Source: an uncultured Pseudomonadales bacterium
GTDB lineage: Bacteria; Patescibacteriota; Microgenomatia; UBA1400; Chazhemtobacteraceae
Assembly (NCBI GenBank): GCA_964618725.1
Contig: CAZUBK010000004.1
Span: 79,485 to 143,484 of the forward strand
DNA: 64,000 bases
Direction: 5' to 3'
A program made the translations under genes and the position numbers. This document shows, one piece after another, positions 1 through 9,119 of this stretch. The notes below the pieces were generated by a model, which was given only the letters and a program-made list of their open reading frames with translations, ran no database searches and was not told the DNA's origin. Position 1 is the stretch's first letter. Each line of letters starts with the position of its first letter.

Positions 1-544
1 CAAAACATACTCTCTTTCTGAAGCCATCATTCTTTTAAGACAGATCTCATATTCTAAACTCAGAACCATCGAACTACACCTCAATACCAAAGAAACAGGT
101 ATCAGAGGTGAAGTCACTCTTCCCCATTCCATCGGCAAGCAACTCAGAGTCGTCATTTTCTCTCCTGAAGTAGAAACCGAAATCAAAGCCGGTAAAATAA
201 ACTTTGATATTCTCCTCGCCCGACCAAGTGACATGGCCACCATTGCCCCCTTAGCTCGTTTCCTGGGTCCCAAAGGCCTCATGCCAAATCCCAAAACTGG
301 TACCATTACCGACAAACCTGAAATTAGGGCGCAGCAGCTCCAAAAGGGTAGCACCCTCTCCTACAAGACTGAGGCCAAGTCACCCCTCATTCATCTGACC
401 ATTGGTAACCTCAATCAAGAAAACAAACAGATTGAAGAAAACATTATGGCTATCCTTACTGGCATCGGCATCCACAAACTTAACTCTACCTTCCTCAAGT
501 CCACCATGAGTCCCTCGATCAAGCTTGACCTCACCTCACTTTAA
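1..544 (+). CDS. rplA: 50S ribosomal protein L1 (5' truncated by window edge)
   Basis: Frame open from nt 2 (KTYSLSEAI...IELHLN...RGEVTLPHSIGK) into ARFLGPKGLMPNPKTGT and FLKSTMSPSIKL, L1 signature motifs. Confidence 0.96.
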   Translation, partial: KTYSLSEAIILLRQISYSKLRTIELHLNTKETGIRGEVTLPHSIGKQLRVVIFSPEVETEIKAGKINFDILLARPSDMATIAPLARFLGPKGLMPNPKTGTITDKPEIRAQQLQKGSTLSYKTEAKSPLIHLTIGNLNQENKQIEENIMAILTGIGIHKLNSTFLKSTMSPSIKLDLTSL

Positions 545-571
545 CTCAAAAAAACAAACGGATATGTTTAA

Positions 572-591
572 GGGCGGCCAATTGGCCGCCC
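572..591. terminator. Palindromic hairpin between convergent rplA and M50 gene
   Basis: Perfect palindrome GGGCGGCCAATTGGCCGCCC. Confidence 0.65.
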
Positions 592-595
592 CTAC

Positions 596-1411
596 TCAAG
601 TTAACATTCCGAAAATCTTCTCCATCAAGGTCATAATATCCTTGGCTACCAAGAAAACCGATAGCAAGGAAAGACCCATGAAAGTGCCCACTAAGACTCC
701 ATTTGCCGTCCGAGACAATCGTTCCCGGTTACCTCCAAGGCAAACAAACAACTCGATCACCCAGGCCATTGTGACGTGACCCCCATCCAAAGCCGGAATC
801 GGCAACATATTGATTACCGCAAAAGCCAGGTTAAAGATTACTACCAAAGCTAGTGATACTCGAATGGGATCGATCGCCATCATCGGCGCTGTCATCGCCA
901 CCATCCCAATCGGGCTATACCACTCCGTAAGTGGGACTGTCCCGATAAACAGCGCTCTAATGCTTTCCAAGAGCACTGAGACTACCATTACTATCGCCTC
1001 CCAGCCACTCTGCCATCCGCCTGTGAGAATGACGAGAATGAGATAAGCTTGAATGAAGTTGATTGCCGGACCGGCCAAAGCAATTAGCGTCCGATGCCAG
1101 GCAGGGGTTTCCCAAAAACCTGGCTCAAAAGCGAAAAGCTTTCGCCAACCACTCACTTCCTCCTGATGACTCGGCTTACCTTTAAGGTAGTCGAGGTCAA
1201 CCGCCGCTCCAACCAGAAAAAACGGCGTCAAAACAATCTTGGTTGGCCCAATCTTGCCAAGACACCACTGATGCTTGGTCAGCGGCCATCCCAGGTATAC
1301 CGTCTTCGTAGGATAACCCAAGAGTCCGGCAACGATCGCATGCAGTGCTTCATGAAGGACAATCGCTTCGAAAAGAATGAGTATTACGATCAGTGAAAAG
1401 CCGATCAACAT
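596..1411 (-). CDS. Site-2 protease family (M50) membrane zinc metalloprotease, no PDZ domain
   Basis: HEALH in first TM, ALAGPAIN, NMLPIPALDGGH motifs; SD AGGGAG upstream. Confidence 0.9.
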   Translation of the reverse strand: MLIGFSLIVILILFEAIVLHEALHAIVAGLLGYPTKTVYLGWPLTKHQWCLGKIGPTKIVLTPFFLVGAAVDLDYLKGKPSHQEEVSGWRKLFAFEPGFWETPAWHRTLIALAGPAINFIQAYLILVILTGGWQSGWEAIVMVVSVLLESIRALFIGTVPLTEWYSPIGMVAMTAPMMAIDPIRVSLALVVIFNLAFAVINMLPIPALDGGHVTMAWVIELFVCLGGNRERLSRTANGVLVGTFMGLSLLSVFLVAKDIMTLMEKIFGMLT

Positions 1412-1552
1412 TGTTATCTCCCCTTATATGTTAGTTTGTGAAAGTATCCTTGGATAATATCAACAATTGCACTATAAGTCAACCTCTTTATAATTTGCCC
1501 TCCTTTTTTTATGATGTTGACAAAACTCCAACTCATACCATACTCTAAATTC

Positions 1553-1834
1553 ATGGAAGAAATTACTGAGAGAGATCCTACCCAAAGCGCCGAAGAGATC
1601 GCAAAGAAGCTATATGGACCGTATGCAAGACTAGCTGATTTAGACCTTGGCCAACTTGAATCAATCCAAGAACAAATGGGTGGAACCTCAAAACGCAAAG
1701 AAACACCAGTTGCATCTACTCCTGAACCACCCAAACAACCTGAACCAATATCCTCTCAAACTCCAATATCTGAACAGACATCCACAAAAGAACTGACGGG
1801 TCTACTCTCAAGACTAAAGCCAAAGCAAGAATAA
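1553..1834 (+). CDS. Hypothetical protein (acidic/Pro-rich, 93 aa)
   Basis: ORF; TTGACA (1517) and CATACT shortly before ATG 1553. Confidence 0.6.
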   Translation: MEEITERDPTQSAEEIAKKLYGPYARLADLDLGQLESIQEQMGGTSKRKETPVASTPEPPKQPEPISSQTPISEQTSTKELTGLLSRLKPKQE

Positions 1835-1906
1835 TCTTGACCAACTTTCTCTTAAAGCTTATAATCCTCTCATAACGCTCTTTCATTCACGACTTAAGGA
1901 GATAGT

Positions 1907-2047
1907 ATGAAGCTCTTTTCCTTTCTAAGGCAATTCATCAACACCGCCATCTACTTCATCACTTACGACCCAGTCAATGCCGTTCTAGTAGCCGCCTTAA
2001 TCATTATTTGTATTATGGCTATTCTCACCCTCGTCATCCCAAATTGA
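1907..2047 (+). CDS. Small single-TM protein, 46 aa (MKLFSFLRQFINTAIYFITYDPVNAVLVAALIIICIMAILTLVIPN)
   Basis: Not in ORF track; TTGACC-17-TATAAT promoter (1837-1865), SD AAGGAG, hydrophobic C-half, own terminator. Confidence 0.7.
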   Translation: MKLFSFLRQFINTAIYFITYDPVNAVLVAALIIICIMAILTLVIPN

Positions 2048-2057
2048 AACTTATCTC

Positions 2058-2086
2058 AAGGGGCCATTTAGGCCCCTTCCCTTTTT
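2058..2086 (+). terminator. Intrinsic terminator
   Basis: AAGGGGCC-attta-GGCCCCTT followed by pyrimidine/T run. Confidence 0.7.
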
Positions 2087-2112
2087 CCGTCTCCCCATGA
2101 TACAATCAAGCT

Positions 2113-2240
2113 ACCTAAGACAGCAGGTTGAGCACCAAGACTCATAAATATATTGCGAAATCCCGACTTCAGTTGGGACGATCAATAAGTCCCGCTCAGG
2201 AAAATATCCATTCGGATCTTCCTCGCTTTTTAGGCGAGTT
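2113..2240 (+). promoter_or_regulatory. Probable L10 leader (rplJ-rplL autoregulatory RNA)
   Basis: CCTAAGACAGCAGG motif and hairpins in the 5' UTR of rplJ, downstream of TACAAT (2101). Confidence 0.6.
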
Positions 2241-2262
2241 TTCATTTATACAGGTCAAATCC

Positions 2263-2796
2263 ATGCCATCTATAAAAAACCAACAACAACTAGAAGACAT
2301 CAAAGCCGCTATCAAAGACAGCAAAGCGCTCATTCTCACCAACTACGCCGGTCTCTCCGTTGCGTCCCAAAACTCACTCAGAAAAGCTATTACCACCGCC
2401 AAGGGTTCTTACTCAGTCTACAAAAATACTCTCCTCAAGATCGCCCTCAAAGAGATGTTTGGAGACCTCCCGCAAGAGGCCCACAGTGCCCTAGAAGGTC
2501 CTACTGCCATCCTTATCGCCCTTGAGGACCCCATCGCACCCACCAAAGCTTTGATGAAGTTCAAAAAGGACAATGAACTCCCTGAAGTAAAGGTTGGTTT
2601 CATGGACGGCTCCCTTCTCACCGCTAAGGATATCGAAAATCTCAGTCTACTTCCTGGCAAAGAAGAGCTCTTAAGTCAACTTGTCCGCCAGCTCAATGCC
2701 CCTATCTCCTCCTTTGCCCAAGTCCTTCGAGTCAACCTTCAAAATGTCGTCTACGTCGTAGACTCCATTAAACGCTCCAAAGAAACCCAAGCCTAA
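2263..2796 (+). CDS. rplJ: 50S ribosomal protein L10
   Basis: NYAGLSV...LRK...VYKNTLLKIA...LEGPTAI...LPGKEEL; start moved to ATG 2263. Confidence 0.96.
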   Translation: MPSIKNQQQLEDIKAAIKDSKALILTNYAGLSVASQNSLRKAITTAKGSYSVYKNTLLKIALKEMFGDLPQEAHSALEGPTAILIALEDPIAPTKALMKFKKDNELPEVKVGFMDGSLLTAKDIENLSLLPGKEELLSQLVRQLNAPISSFAQVLRVNLQNVVYVVDSIKRSKETQA

Positions 2797-2832
2797 AACT
2801 TTATATAGAAATTAACAATTATAAAATCTACC

Positions 2833-3210
2833 ATGTCTGACAAACTTCAAAAAATCATCGACTCCGTCTCAGAGCTCACCGTTCTTGAACTCGCTGAGTT
2901 AGTTAAGGCTCTTGAAGAGAAATTCGGTGTCTCTGCCGCCCCGATGGCTGTTGCTGGAGTAGCCGCTGCTGCTCCTGTAGAGGCCGTTGAAGAGAAAACC
3001 AGTTTCGATGTCATTCTCGCTGATGCCGGCGCCAACAAAATTGGTGTCATTAAAGCTCTCCGCGAGATCAAGTCCGACCTAGGCCTTGTCGAAGCCAAGA
3101 CCTTGGCTGAATCTGCCCCCAAAGCTATTTTGGAGGGTGCCAAGAAAGAAGATGCTGAGGCCGCCAAAGCCAAGCTTGAAGCTGCTGGAGCGAAGGTCGA
3201 GCTGAAGTAG
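2833..3210 (+). CDS. rplL: 50S ribosomal protein L7/L12
   Basis: [48 protein letters not shown]. Confidence 0.98.
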   Translation: MSDKLQKIIDSVSELTVLELAELVKALEEKFGVSAAPMAVAGVAAAAPVEAVEEKTSFDVILADAGANKIGVIKALREIKSDLGLVEAKTLAESAPKAILEGAKKEDAEAAKAKLEAAGAKVELK

Positions 3211-3262
3211 TGTACTTCAGCGAGATCCCGCGAGAAATTTAGTTTCGAGTAGGGACCGGAAA

Positions 3263-3292
3263 CAAAAAATCTCCTGTGAAGGAGATTTTTTG
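3263..3292. terminator. Bidirectional intrinsic terminator
   Basis: AAAAAATCTCC-tgtgaa-GGAGATTTTTT between convergent genes. Confidence 0.85.
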
Positions 3293-3316
3293 GATCGACA
3301 TCCTCCTCCCTTACTC

Positions 3317-4375
3317 CTACTCTCTCAAGAAATCTCTCAACCCTTCATTTATTTTGGGATACCTCAAGAAACGAAGTGCACTCCTCTCCAGTTGCCTCAC
3401 CCTCTCTCGAGAGATCCCCATTTCATTTCCAATCTCTTCAAGGGTGTACGTCTGCCCAAACGGCTCCAGACCAAATCTCATCTTGATAATCTGCTTCTGT
3501 CGTTCTTCCGGCAGTGTCTCTATTAACCTAGTCAACTCCACCGCCAACATCTTTCTCGATACTTGCTCAAACACTAAAGGTGTCTCTGTATCCTCTATTG
3601 TCTCTCCTCTTTCACTAAAGTCTCCCTCAGCCATCGGTTCGTCCAACGAGACCACCCCCCGATATGACAAGACATTCTTTGCCAACTCACCCGAGATCCT
3701 CCCCCTGTTATCCCCCATTCTTCGATTGAGTTCTTCGGCGATCTCCTCATAATTTACCTTTCCTCCTCTCGTTTTTACTTCCTTCTCAATTTCTCTCAAT
3801 TTTCCCACTCTCTCATGAACATGAGTCGGCATCGTTGGCCCAGGAGCATTCCGAGTGAATCCTCTCTTGATCCTCTGGTTAATCCAATAAGTCGCATATG
3901 TACTTAAACGATTCCCCATTTTGTAATCAAATTTATCAACCGCATGAGTCAACCCCTCATTCCCATCTTGAATCAAGTCAGCTAAGGCCGTCCCTCTCCT
4001 GGCATAACCAATGGCTATCTTCATCACCCAACGAAGATTACTCCTAATCAACCTATCCCTCGCTTCTAAACCCTCCGCCACACCCTTCTCTAGGGATATT
4101 CTTACCTCCTCATCTAATCTCTCATTTTCTAGTCTCTCTTTAGCCGCTTTACCCAGTTCCATTCTCTCAGCTAGTTGAGACTCCTCAGTCACCGTTAGTA
4201 GCGGCTCTTGCAAAGCCTGTTTTCGATACAAGGAAACTACGTCATCATACTCCACCAACTCTATATCACCACGAAAATCCTCTTCCTCAATCTCACCCTC
4301 TTCAGTCTTTGATATATCCATCCACTCATCCAAACCATTCTCCTCATCAGCATATTGGTCTTCCCTTTCTTTCAT
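3317..4375 (-). CDS. Sigma-70 family RNA polymerase sigma factor (RpoD/RpoS-like, regions 1.2-4, divergent)
   Basis: LIRSNLRWV, DLIQDGNEGL..AVDKFDY..G.RLSTYATYWI, VSLDEP, TLEEIG..MGISRERVRQLE. Confidence 0.93.
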   Translation of the reverse strand: MKEREDQYADEENGLDEWMDISKTEEGEIEEEDFRGDIELVEYDDVVSLYRKQALQEPLLTVTEESQLAERMELGKAAKERLENERLDEEVRISLEKGVAEGLEARDRLIRSNLRWVMKIAIGYARRGTALADLIQDGNEGLTHAVDKFDYKMGNRLSTYATYWINQRIKRGFTRNAPGPTMPTHVHERVGKLREIEKEVKTRGGKVNYEEIAEELNRRMGDNRGRISGELAKNVLSYRGVVSLDEPMAEGDFSERGETIEDTETPLVFEQVSRKMLAVELTRLIETLPEERQKQIIKMRFGLEPFGQTYTLEEIGNEMGISRERVRQLERSALRFLRYPKINEGLRDFLRE

Positions 4376-4500
4376 GCACGAGATTGTAACACGCAATCCC
4401 CTCCAATCACAAAATGGAAAGCTTAACTTTCCCTAATCCGCCTGCAAACAACTGTTCCTGTCCAAGGCAGCCATTTACAGGCAGGTTAGGAGATAGAAAA

Positions 4501-4752
4501 CTAACAGGATTTAAGTGCTTCATTGGCTAACTGTTGCGCTTCTACCGTCGTCGCCTCTACCTCCTCCATCATCTCCTCAACCATTGCCAGATCCGGCTCC
4601 TGACCCATCAAAGACTCCGCAATCTCTTCGATCACCTCTCTTCGCCTATCCGACACCTCTTCTAAGACCTCATTCACTCCCTTTATTCCTCCTTCTACCT
4701 CCGGATTACCCCAATCCCTCTCCACCACAAACTGCAACGATTCGTCTGCCAT
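4501..4752 (-). CDS. Hypothetical acidic helical protein (83 aa)
   Basis: ORF with SD-like GAGGT, directly downstream of the 901-aa gene. Confidence 0.65.
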   Translation of the reverse strand: MADESLQFVVERDWGNPEVEGGIKGVNEVLEEVSDRRREVIEEIAESLMGQEPDLAMVEEMMEEVEATTVEAQQLANEALKSC

Positions 4753-4792
4753 ATCCTTAATCTACCTCTATTTGCCAAAAAGTAAAACTATT

Positions 4793-7498
4793 CTAAAACT
4801 CCACTATCCCCCACGGGTGCGTCATTGATCCCACTATCTCAAGCCCTGGCAAAGCATCTCGCAGCGCTCTCTCTAGCGCATCTGCCATCACCCCCCGCTT
4901 TTGAGTATGTCCAATGATTATCCTTTCCGGATGCGCCAACTTTATCATCTCCACCTGATGTTCAAAATCAGTATGCCCGGAAGCGTGAAACCGCCCTTGC
5001 GCCGCCGCGATTAAACCTCCACTACCCGCCCGAAAATCAGACAGGTACTTCCACCCTCTTCTCTCGCACTCATTCATCACATGTCTTACTTCTTTCTTGG
5101 CACTGTCATCATATGCCCAATAGATGCTATCAATGAACTTGACTTTAGTTCCCTGACCTCCAATTCCAAGATTTGAGATTCTGTCCCTATGATCAAGTAT
5201 CAGCATGAACTTGCGCGGAAACGCACTCATTTCATCATCCGATACATTTCCGTACATCTCCATCAACTCTTTTTCCCATTTGTGGTAGCTTTGTTTGTTC
5301 CCTTTATATACAAACACTCTGTCACTACGTAACAATGGTGCCCCTAAACTCATTTTGCCTTCCTCTAAAAGTCTCAGCCACTCTTCCTCATCTAAGGCCT
5401 CTTCCTCATCCTTATTCAACTGTTGCCAAATATTGTCCATATGTAGAAATTGTGCCACCCGCCTACTCACTAACACGATTCTGTCTCCAGCAATCTCCAC
5501 TAGATTTTGCAACCTCTCCTCGTTACCCTTCACTACTCGGATAACCAACAATTCGTTATCAACATTGCTCTCCTTCAACTCCTTGTGGATATTATCCTTC
5601 ACCATTGCTTCAGTTACCGCTGCCGACGACTTCTTTACCCCGGGAGGATTGGTTCCCTCAACAAACAATGTATGAACACCTCTCTTACCCACTTCTGCAA
5701 AAAAACGCGTGTCAAAACGGTAATCACCTGGATACGCTAATGACGCTATTACATTAGAAAACGCGTCCACGCTCTCAAGGTGATATCCCATCGCATCCAT
5801 ACTATGATAAATGGGCCACCCAGTCGCTCGTATTCCTCCTCCCAGATCAATCGTTTCTCCTTCTTCGAATACGATTACTGATCGATCCTCCACTGGATAG
5901 GCATTTTTCTTTCCTGTTTCTCTCATTTTTCGCTTGATCATTTCTTGGACCGTCCAGTGCCAACCAGAAATATAATCTACTTCACATACCAAATGCGTTT
6001 TCTTACTCATTCCAGCGGGAATTTCAAATCTAACAAACGATCCCCCTGCCGCATGATCTTGATGCCCATGAGTAAACAACATTGCCAAAAACTGTTCTTT
6101 ATCCAAATATTCTTTCTCCCTCCATCTGGGCAAAATCTGCTCCCACCGTCTCCAATTAATTGCATTTGCCTCATAAACCGGAATCGTTTTTCTTGTCATC
6201 TCTTTCAAATCAGGAAGACCATGACGATGATACAGCTCCTTTAACACGAACATCCCGTACCGATCTTCTGTATTAAACAGCTGCGCCGACATCGACACAT
6301 CTAACAAATCATGCCGGAGTAATCTCGGTACATCAGGAATGATTCCCGCTCTTAAATAAGGTAGCAGGCCGGCAGGGTAACCCGGCCTTCCCAGAACCGA
6401 GTCAATATTTTCATCCCGCCCAAATGGCCAGCCAAAATCTAACAATACCGTTTGTCGAAGCCCACCACGCTTGTTAGTAAAAAACATCTGCGTTCCCCCA
6501 ATATCCGAATGATCAGGTTCAAACATGCGTAAACTCACTTCCCCTCCCGTCCGACTGGGAATATAAAATCCATGCCGTACCTGAGTCACCTCATCACTAT
6601 CTTCCAAAAAAGCCACCACGTCTTTTTCTAATGCCACCACTCTTCCTTTTTCTCGCCACATCTGTAGTGTTTGTTTGGTCACTGCCAGTATTTGCAACTC
6701 CCGATTGCTAAACCACGTCCTCACCCACGTTTGCACCCCTCGTAACTTTTCTTTTCTTGCTCTAACTGAAATCCCATCCTCAAAAAAAATCATTCCCGCT
6801 ACATTAGCAATCGGCGCCTCTTCCCCCATCCCAACCTCTCCATGACCTCCACCGTACATAGTTAAGGTCATTGGTCGTCCCTCCCCTCCTCCTTCTTTCG
6901 GAACAAACAGGATATCTAACCCCGCCGTCACACTTCTGCCATCTACAAAACTACACTCTTTCTCAAGCCATCCTCCCTCGCCAAATAATGCCGGTATTAC
7001 CTCTTCCATAAAGGCCAGTTTCTCTTCCGAAATTACTTCCGCACTCTCATCTGTCATCAATTGCGAATTGGTTTCGGCAGGCTGCACCATTTTTTGATTG
7101 TTCAACCAATATTCAATTTGTCTTTTATACAGATGTCCAATCACCACTCCTTCATTTAACTGTCCCTCCGCGTTCAGTTCCTTCTCAACCTGCAGATATC
7201 GCTCCTGAACATTGTCATCCTCATCTATGACTACAATCGCCGCAACATATACCTCAACCCCCGCCAGCATCAAAGTAATCGACCTTACCCTCCCCGCCGC
7301 ATCATATCCCTTACTTTCTCCCTTTTTAGTTCCAACAAACAAAATGTCTGCCGACGGAGCCATTCCTGGTCGACTCACCCACTGTACCCCTCTACTTTGT
7401 AGCTGGTGCCGTACACTAGGCAGCCCCATCAATTTACCAATCAACTCTCCTTTTGTTCTACCTTCTTCCTTGTTCTCCCCTATTTCTCTTTCTACCAT
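4793..7498 (-). CDS. MBL-fold/beta-CASP nuclease (RNase J-like) with ~300-aa unknown N-terminal extension
   Basis: IGG...LLDFG, THGHQDHAAG, YHS, YPGDYR, LFVEGT, FHASGH, IIGH motifs. Confidence 0.8.
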   Translation of the reverse strand: MVEREIGENKEEGRTKGELIGKLMGLPSVRHQLQSRGVQWVSRPGMAPSADILFVGTKKGESKGYDAAGRVRSITLMLAGVEVYVAAIVVIDEDDNVQERYLQVEKELNAEGQLNEGVVIGHLYKRQIEYWLNNQKMVQPAETNSQLMTDESAEVISEEKLAFMEEVIPALFGEGGWLEKECSFVDGRSVTAGLDILFVPKEGGGEGRPMTLTMYGGGHGEVGMGEEAPIANVAGMIFFEDGISVRARKEKLRGVQTWVRTWFSNRELQILAVTKQTLQMWREKGRVVALEKDVVAFLEDSDEVTQVRHGFYIPSRTGGEVSLRMFEPDHSDIGGTQMFFTNKRGGLRQTVLLDFGWPFGRDENIDSVLGRPGYPAGLLPYLRAGIIPDVPRLLRHDLLDVSMSAQLFNTEDRYGMFVLKELYHRHGLPDLKEMTRKTIPVYEANAINWRRWEQILPRWREKEYLDKEQFLAMLFTHGHQDHAAGGSFVRFEIPAGMSKKTHLVCEVDYISGWHWTVQEMIKRKMRETGKKNAYPVEDRSVIVFEEGETIDLGGGIRATGWPIYHSMDAMGYHLESVDAFSNVIASLAYPGDYRFDTRFFAEVGKRGVHTLFVEGTNPPGVKKSSAAVTEAMVKDNIHKELKESNVDNELLVIRVVKGNEERLQNLVEIAGDRIVLVSRRVAQFLHMDNIWQQLNKDEEEALDEEEWLRLLEEGKMSLGAPLLRSDRVFVYKGNKQSYHKWEKELMEMYGNVSDDEMSAFPRKFMLILDHRDRISNLGIGGQGTKVKFIDSIYWAYDDSAKKEVRHVMNECERRGWKYLSDFRAGSGGLIAAAQGRFHASGHTDFEHQVEMIKLAHPERIIIGHTQKRGVMADALERALRDALPGLEIVGSMTHPWGIVEF

Positions 7499-7507
7499 TA
7501 ACGACTC

Positions 7508-7536
7508 AATATATCCCCCACCAATCTTCTTGTCAA
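7508..7536 (-). promoter_or_regulatory. Sigma-70 promoter for the 901-aa gene
   Basis: TTGACA-17 nt-TATATT on minus strand, 9 nt before ATG. Confidence 0.75.
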
Positions 7537-7707
7537 AGCCATAAAGAGTGGACTAAATACCACCTATCTATCAACTAGTGCATCAACTCATGCCTAAAAA
7601 CGTTTCCACAAAATCACTCCGACAAAGTCGAAACAGACAACAACTACATCTTGACGACCAAACGACTCTTCTGTTATTTTCTACATCAGACCTTGTATAT
7701 ATCAAGA

Positions 7708-7807
7708 CGATAACTCAAAAGCAGTTATCGGCGAAGATATAACAGGAAGCGCAGTGCTTCGGACAAGTAACGATTAGTTACTCCGAATAAGCGAGCAAGC
7801 TGTTATC
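7708..7807 (+). repeat. Structured dispersed repeat family A, copy 1
   Basis: Hairpin + GGCGAAGA-TATAACAGGAAGCGCAG-hairpin-GAGCAAG-CTGTTAT; homologous to 15414 and 52024. Confidence 0.75.
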
Positions 7808-7811
7808 AGAT

Positions 7812-8027
7812 ATGTCCAATAGAAAAGATCTCGATCTAAGTAACCTCCCCGACCTCCTCACCGTCCGTGAAGTCGCCGACATCCTTCGAGTCTCCATTCT
7901 CACCATCAAGCGCTGGGGCAAACGAGGCAAACTACCTGCCATCAGAATCAACTCCCGGGGTGACCGCCGCTATCGCAAGGAACAAGTTCTCTATCTTCTC
8001 GGTATTGACCCCAATATGCAGAGGTAA
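7812..8027 (+). CDS. Excisionase/MerR-like helix-turn-helix (HTH_17) DNA-binding protein
   Basis: LLTVREVADILRVSILTIKRWGKRGKLPAIRI..RGDRRY. Confidence 0.9.
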   Translation: MSNRKDLDLSNLPDLLTVREVADILRVSILTIKRWGKRGKLPAIRINSRGDRRYRKEQVLYLLGIDPNMQR

Positions 8028-8063
8028 GCGTGTTGTAGACAGCAAAGGCGAAACTACTGATCT

Positions 8064-8570
8064 CTAACTTTTTTTCTCTAACGTCTCAGCATTATCACTA
8101 AACTTATTTGCCGCTCCGGATAAGACATCACTGATCCTTCTATTAACACCTTGTTGCCATTCATCAATAGATCTGTTTACATCCTGTTTTAATTTATCAG
8201 CACTGTCTTTAATCCATTCCTGAGTATTTCTCACCGTTTCAGACCCTTTATTAGCAGCGTCACGTCTCGCCGCATCTAAAATATCAGGGATTTTCGGTAG
8301 CACAGAAGCTACATCTGTCACAGCCACTCCTACCTTCTCGCCAGCCGCCATACCAACTCCCACGGCTCCAGCTTCAGCAAGAATAACACCCATTTCAGAT
8401 CCTGCAGGAACACCAATCAAAGCTAAAGCCGCTGCCATAGCTAAACCAGCCCCCAAACCAACCGCTACCCTCGCTTGACCACGGATAGCCCCCTTCTCAG
8501 CTTCAGTTCGCTCTGGCCACCGTGTACTTTCAGGATCGCCCCCACTAATCCCGCTTATTTCATCAACCAT
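8064..8570 (-). CDS. Hypothetical protein with Gly/Ala-rich hydrophobic segment
   Basis: 168-aa ORF overlapping upstream stop; glycine-zipper-like region. Confidence 0.7.
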   Translation of the reverse strand: MVDEISGISGGDPESTRWPERTEAEKGAIRGQARVAVGLGAGLAMAAALALIGVPAGSEMGVILAEAGAVGVGMAAGEKVGVAVTDVASVLPKIPDILDAARRDAANKGSETVRNTQEWIKDSADKLKQDVNRSIDEWQQGVNRRISDVLSGAANKFSDNAETLEKKS

Positions 8571-8988
8571 TTGTGTTTACCTTATTACTAACTTCTAACT
8601 TCTTTCCAAACTCTACCAGGATGTCCCTCATCTGAAGCACTTTGTCATGCTCCATATTCGGTAGCGTACTGTTAAACCACTGCCCCATGATTACTTGTGA
8701 TGACTCAAGCACCTGTTTACGTACTTCTTCAGCCTCAAAATTATCTGCCAGTACGTTCAGTAACACTTCAGCCTCGTCGCTCACCCCCATCTCCGCCTGG
8801 ATCTCCATTCTCTTTTCCTCGTCAAGTCCTTCCATCAGCCTACCCAAAGCCCTTCTGTATATATTGGCTATTTCTTCTTCCGCCACTCTTCCTGCATCTG
8901 GCACCTCCGCTATCGAATACAGAGTCACAAACAACCTGTGAAGGTCATCAGATTCCAGTCCTACTTGTTTCTTCGTATTTTGGTCCAT
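8563..8988 (-). CDS. Hypothetical acidic helical protein
   Basis: ORF; ATG 8988 preferred over TTG 9024. Confidence 0.7.
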   Translation of the reverse strand: MDQNTKKQVGLESDDLHRLFVTLYSIAEVPDAGRVAEEEIANIYRRALGRLMEGLDEEKRMEIQAEMGVSDEAEVLLNVLADNFEAEEVRKQVLESSQVIMGQWFNSTLPNMEHDKVLQMRDILVEFGKKLEVSNKVNTNG

Positions 8989-9119
8989 AAAAACACAACT
9001 AAAAGATAATAGCTTCTTACTCAATCCCCGGCTTGACGTCTGTGGCTCTCAGCCAAGTCGGTATTATATCCACACTATATATTCTGCCAAACAAAATCAA
9101 GTCACCAATCGAATGAAAC

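Noticed and set aside
2128-2262. N-terminal extension of L10 from TTG 2128
   Set aside because: Region is the structured leader; L10 homology starts at ATG 2263.
4432-4490. 59-bp imperfect hairpin resembling an integron attC site (CCTAAT...GTTAGG)
   Set aside because: Has AAT rather than AAC, no clear extrahelical bases, single copy and no integrase; more simply a terminator-like or decayed palindrome.
7812-8027. Prophage or integrative element suggested by excisionase-like HTH genes and tRNAs
   Set aside because: No integrase, phage structural genes or duplicated tRNA 3' ends found.
9027-9061. Hairpin at the 5' end of the 8988 transcript as a riboswitch
   Set aside because: Single short stem (CCGACTTGGC/GTCAAGCCGG on minus strand) with no recognisable aptamer motif or second copy.
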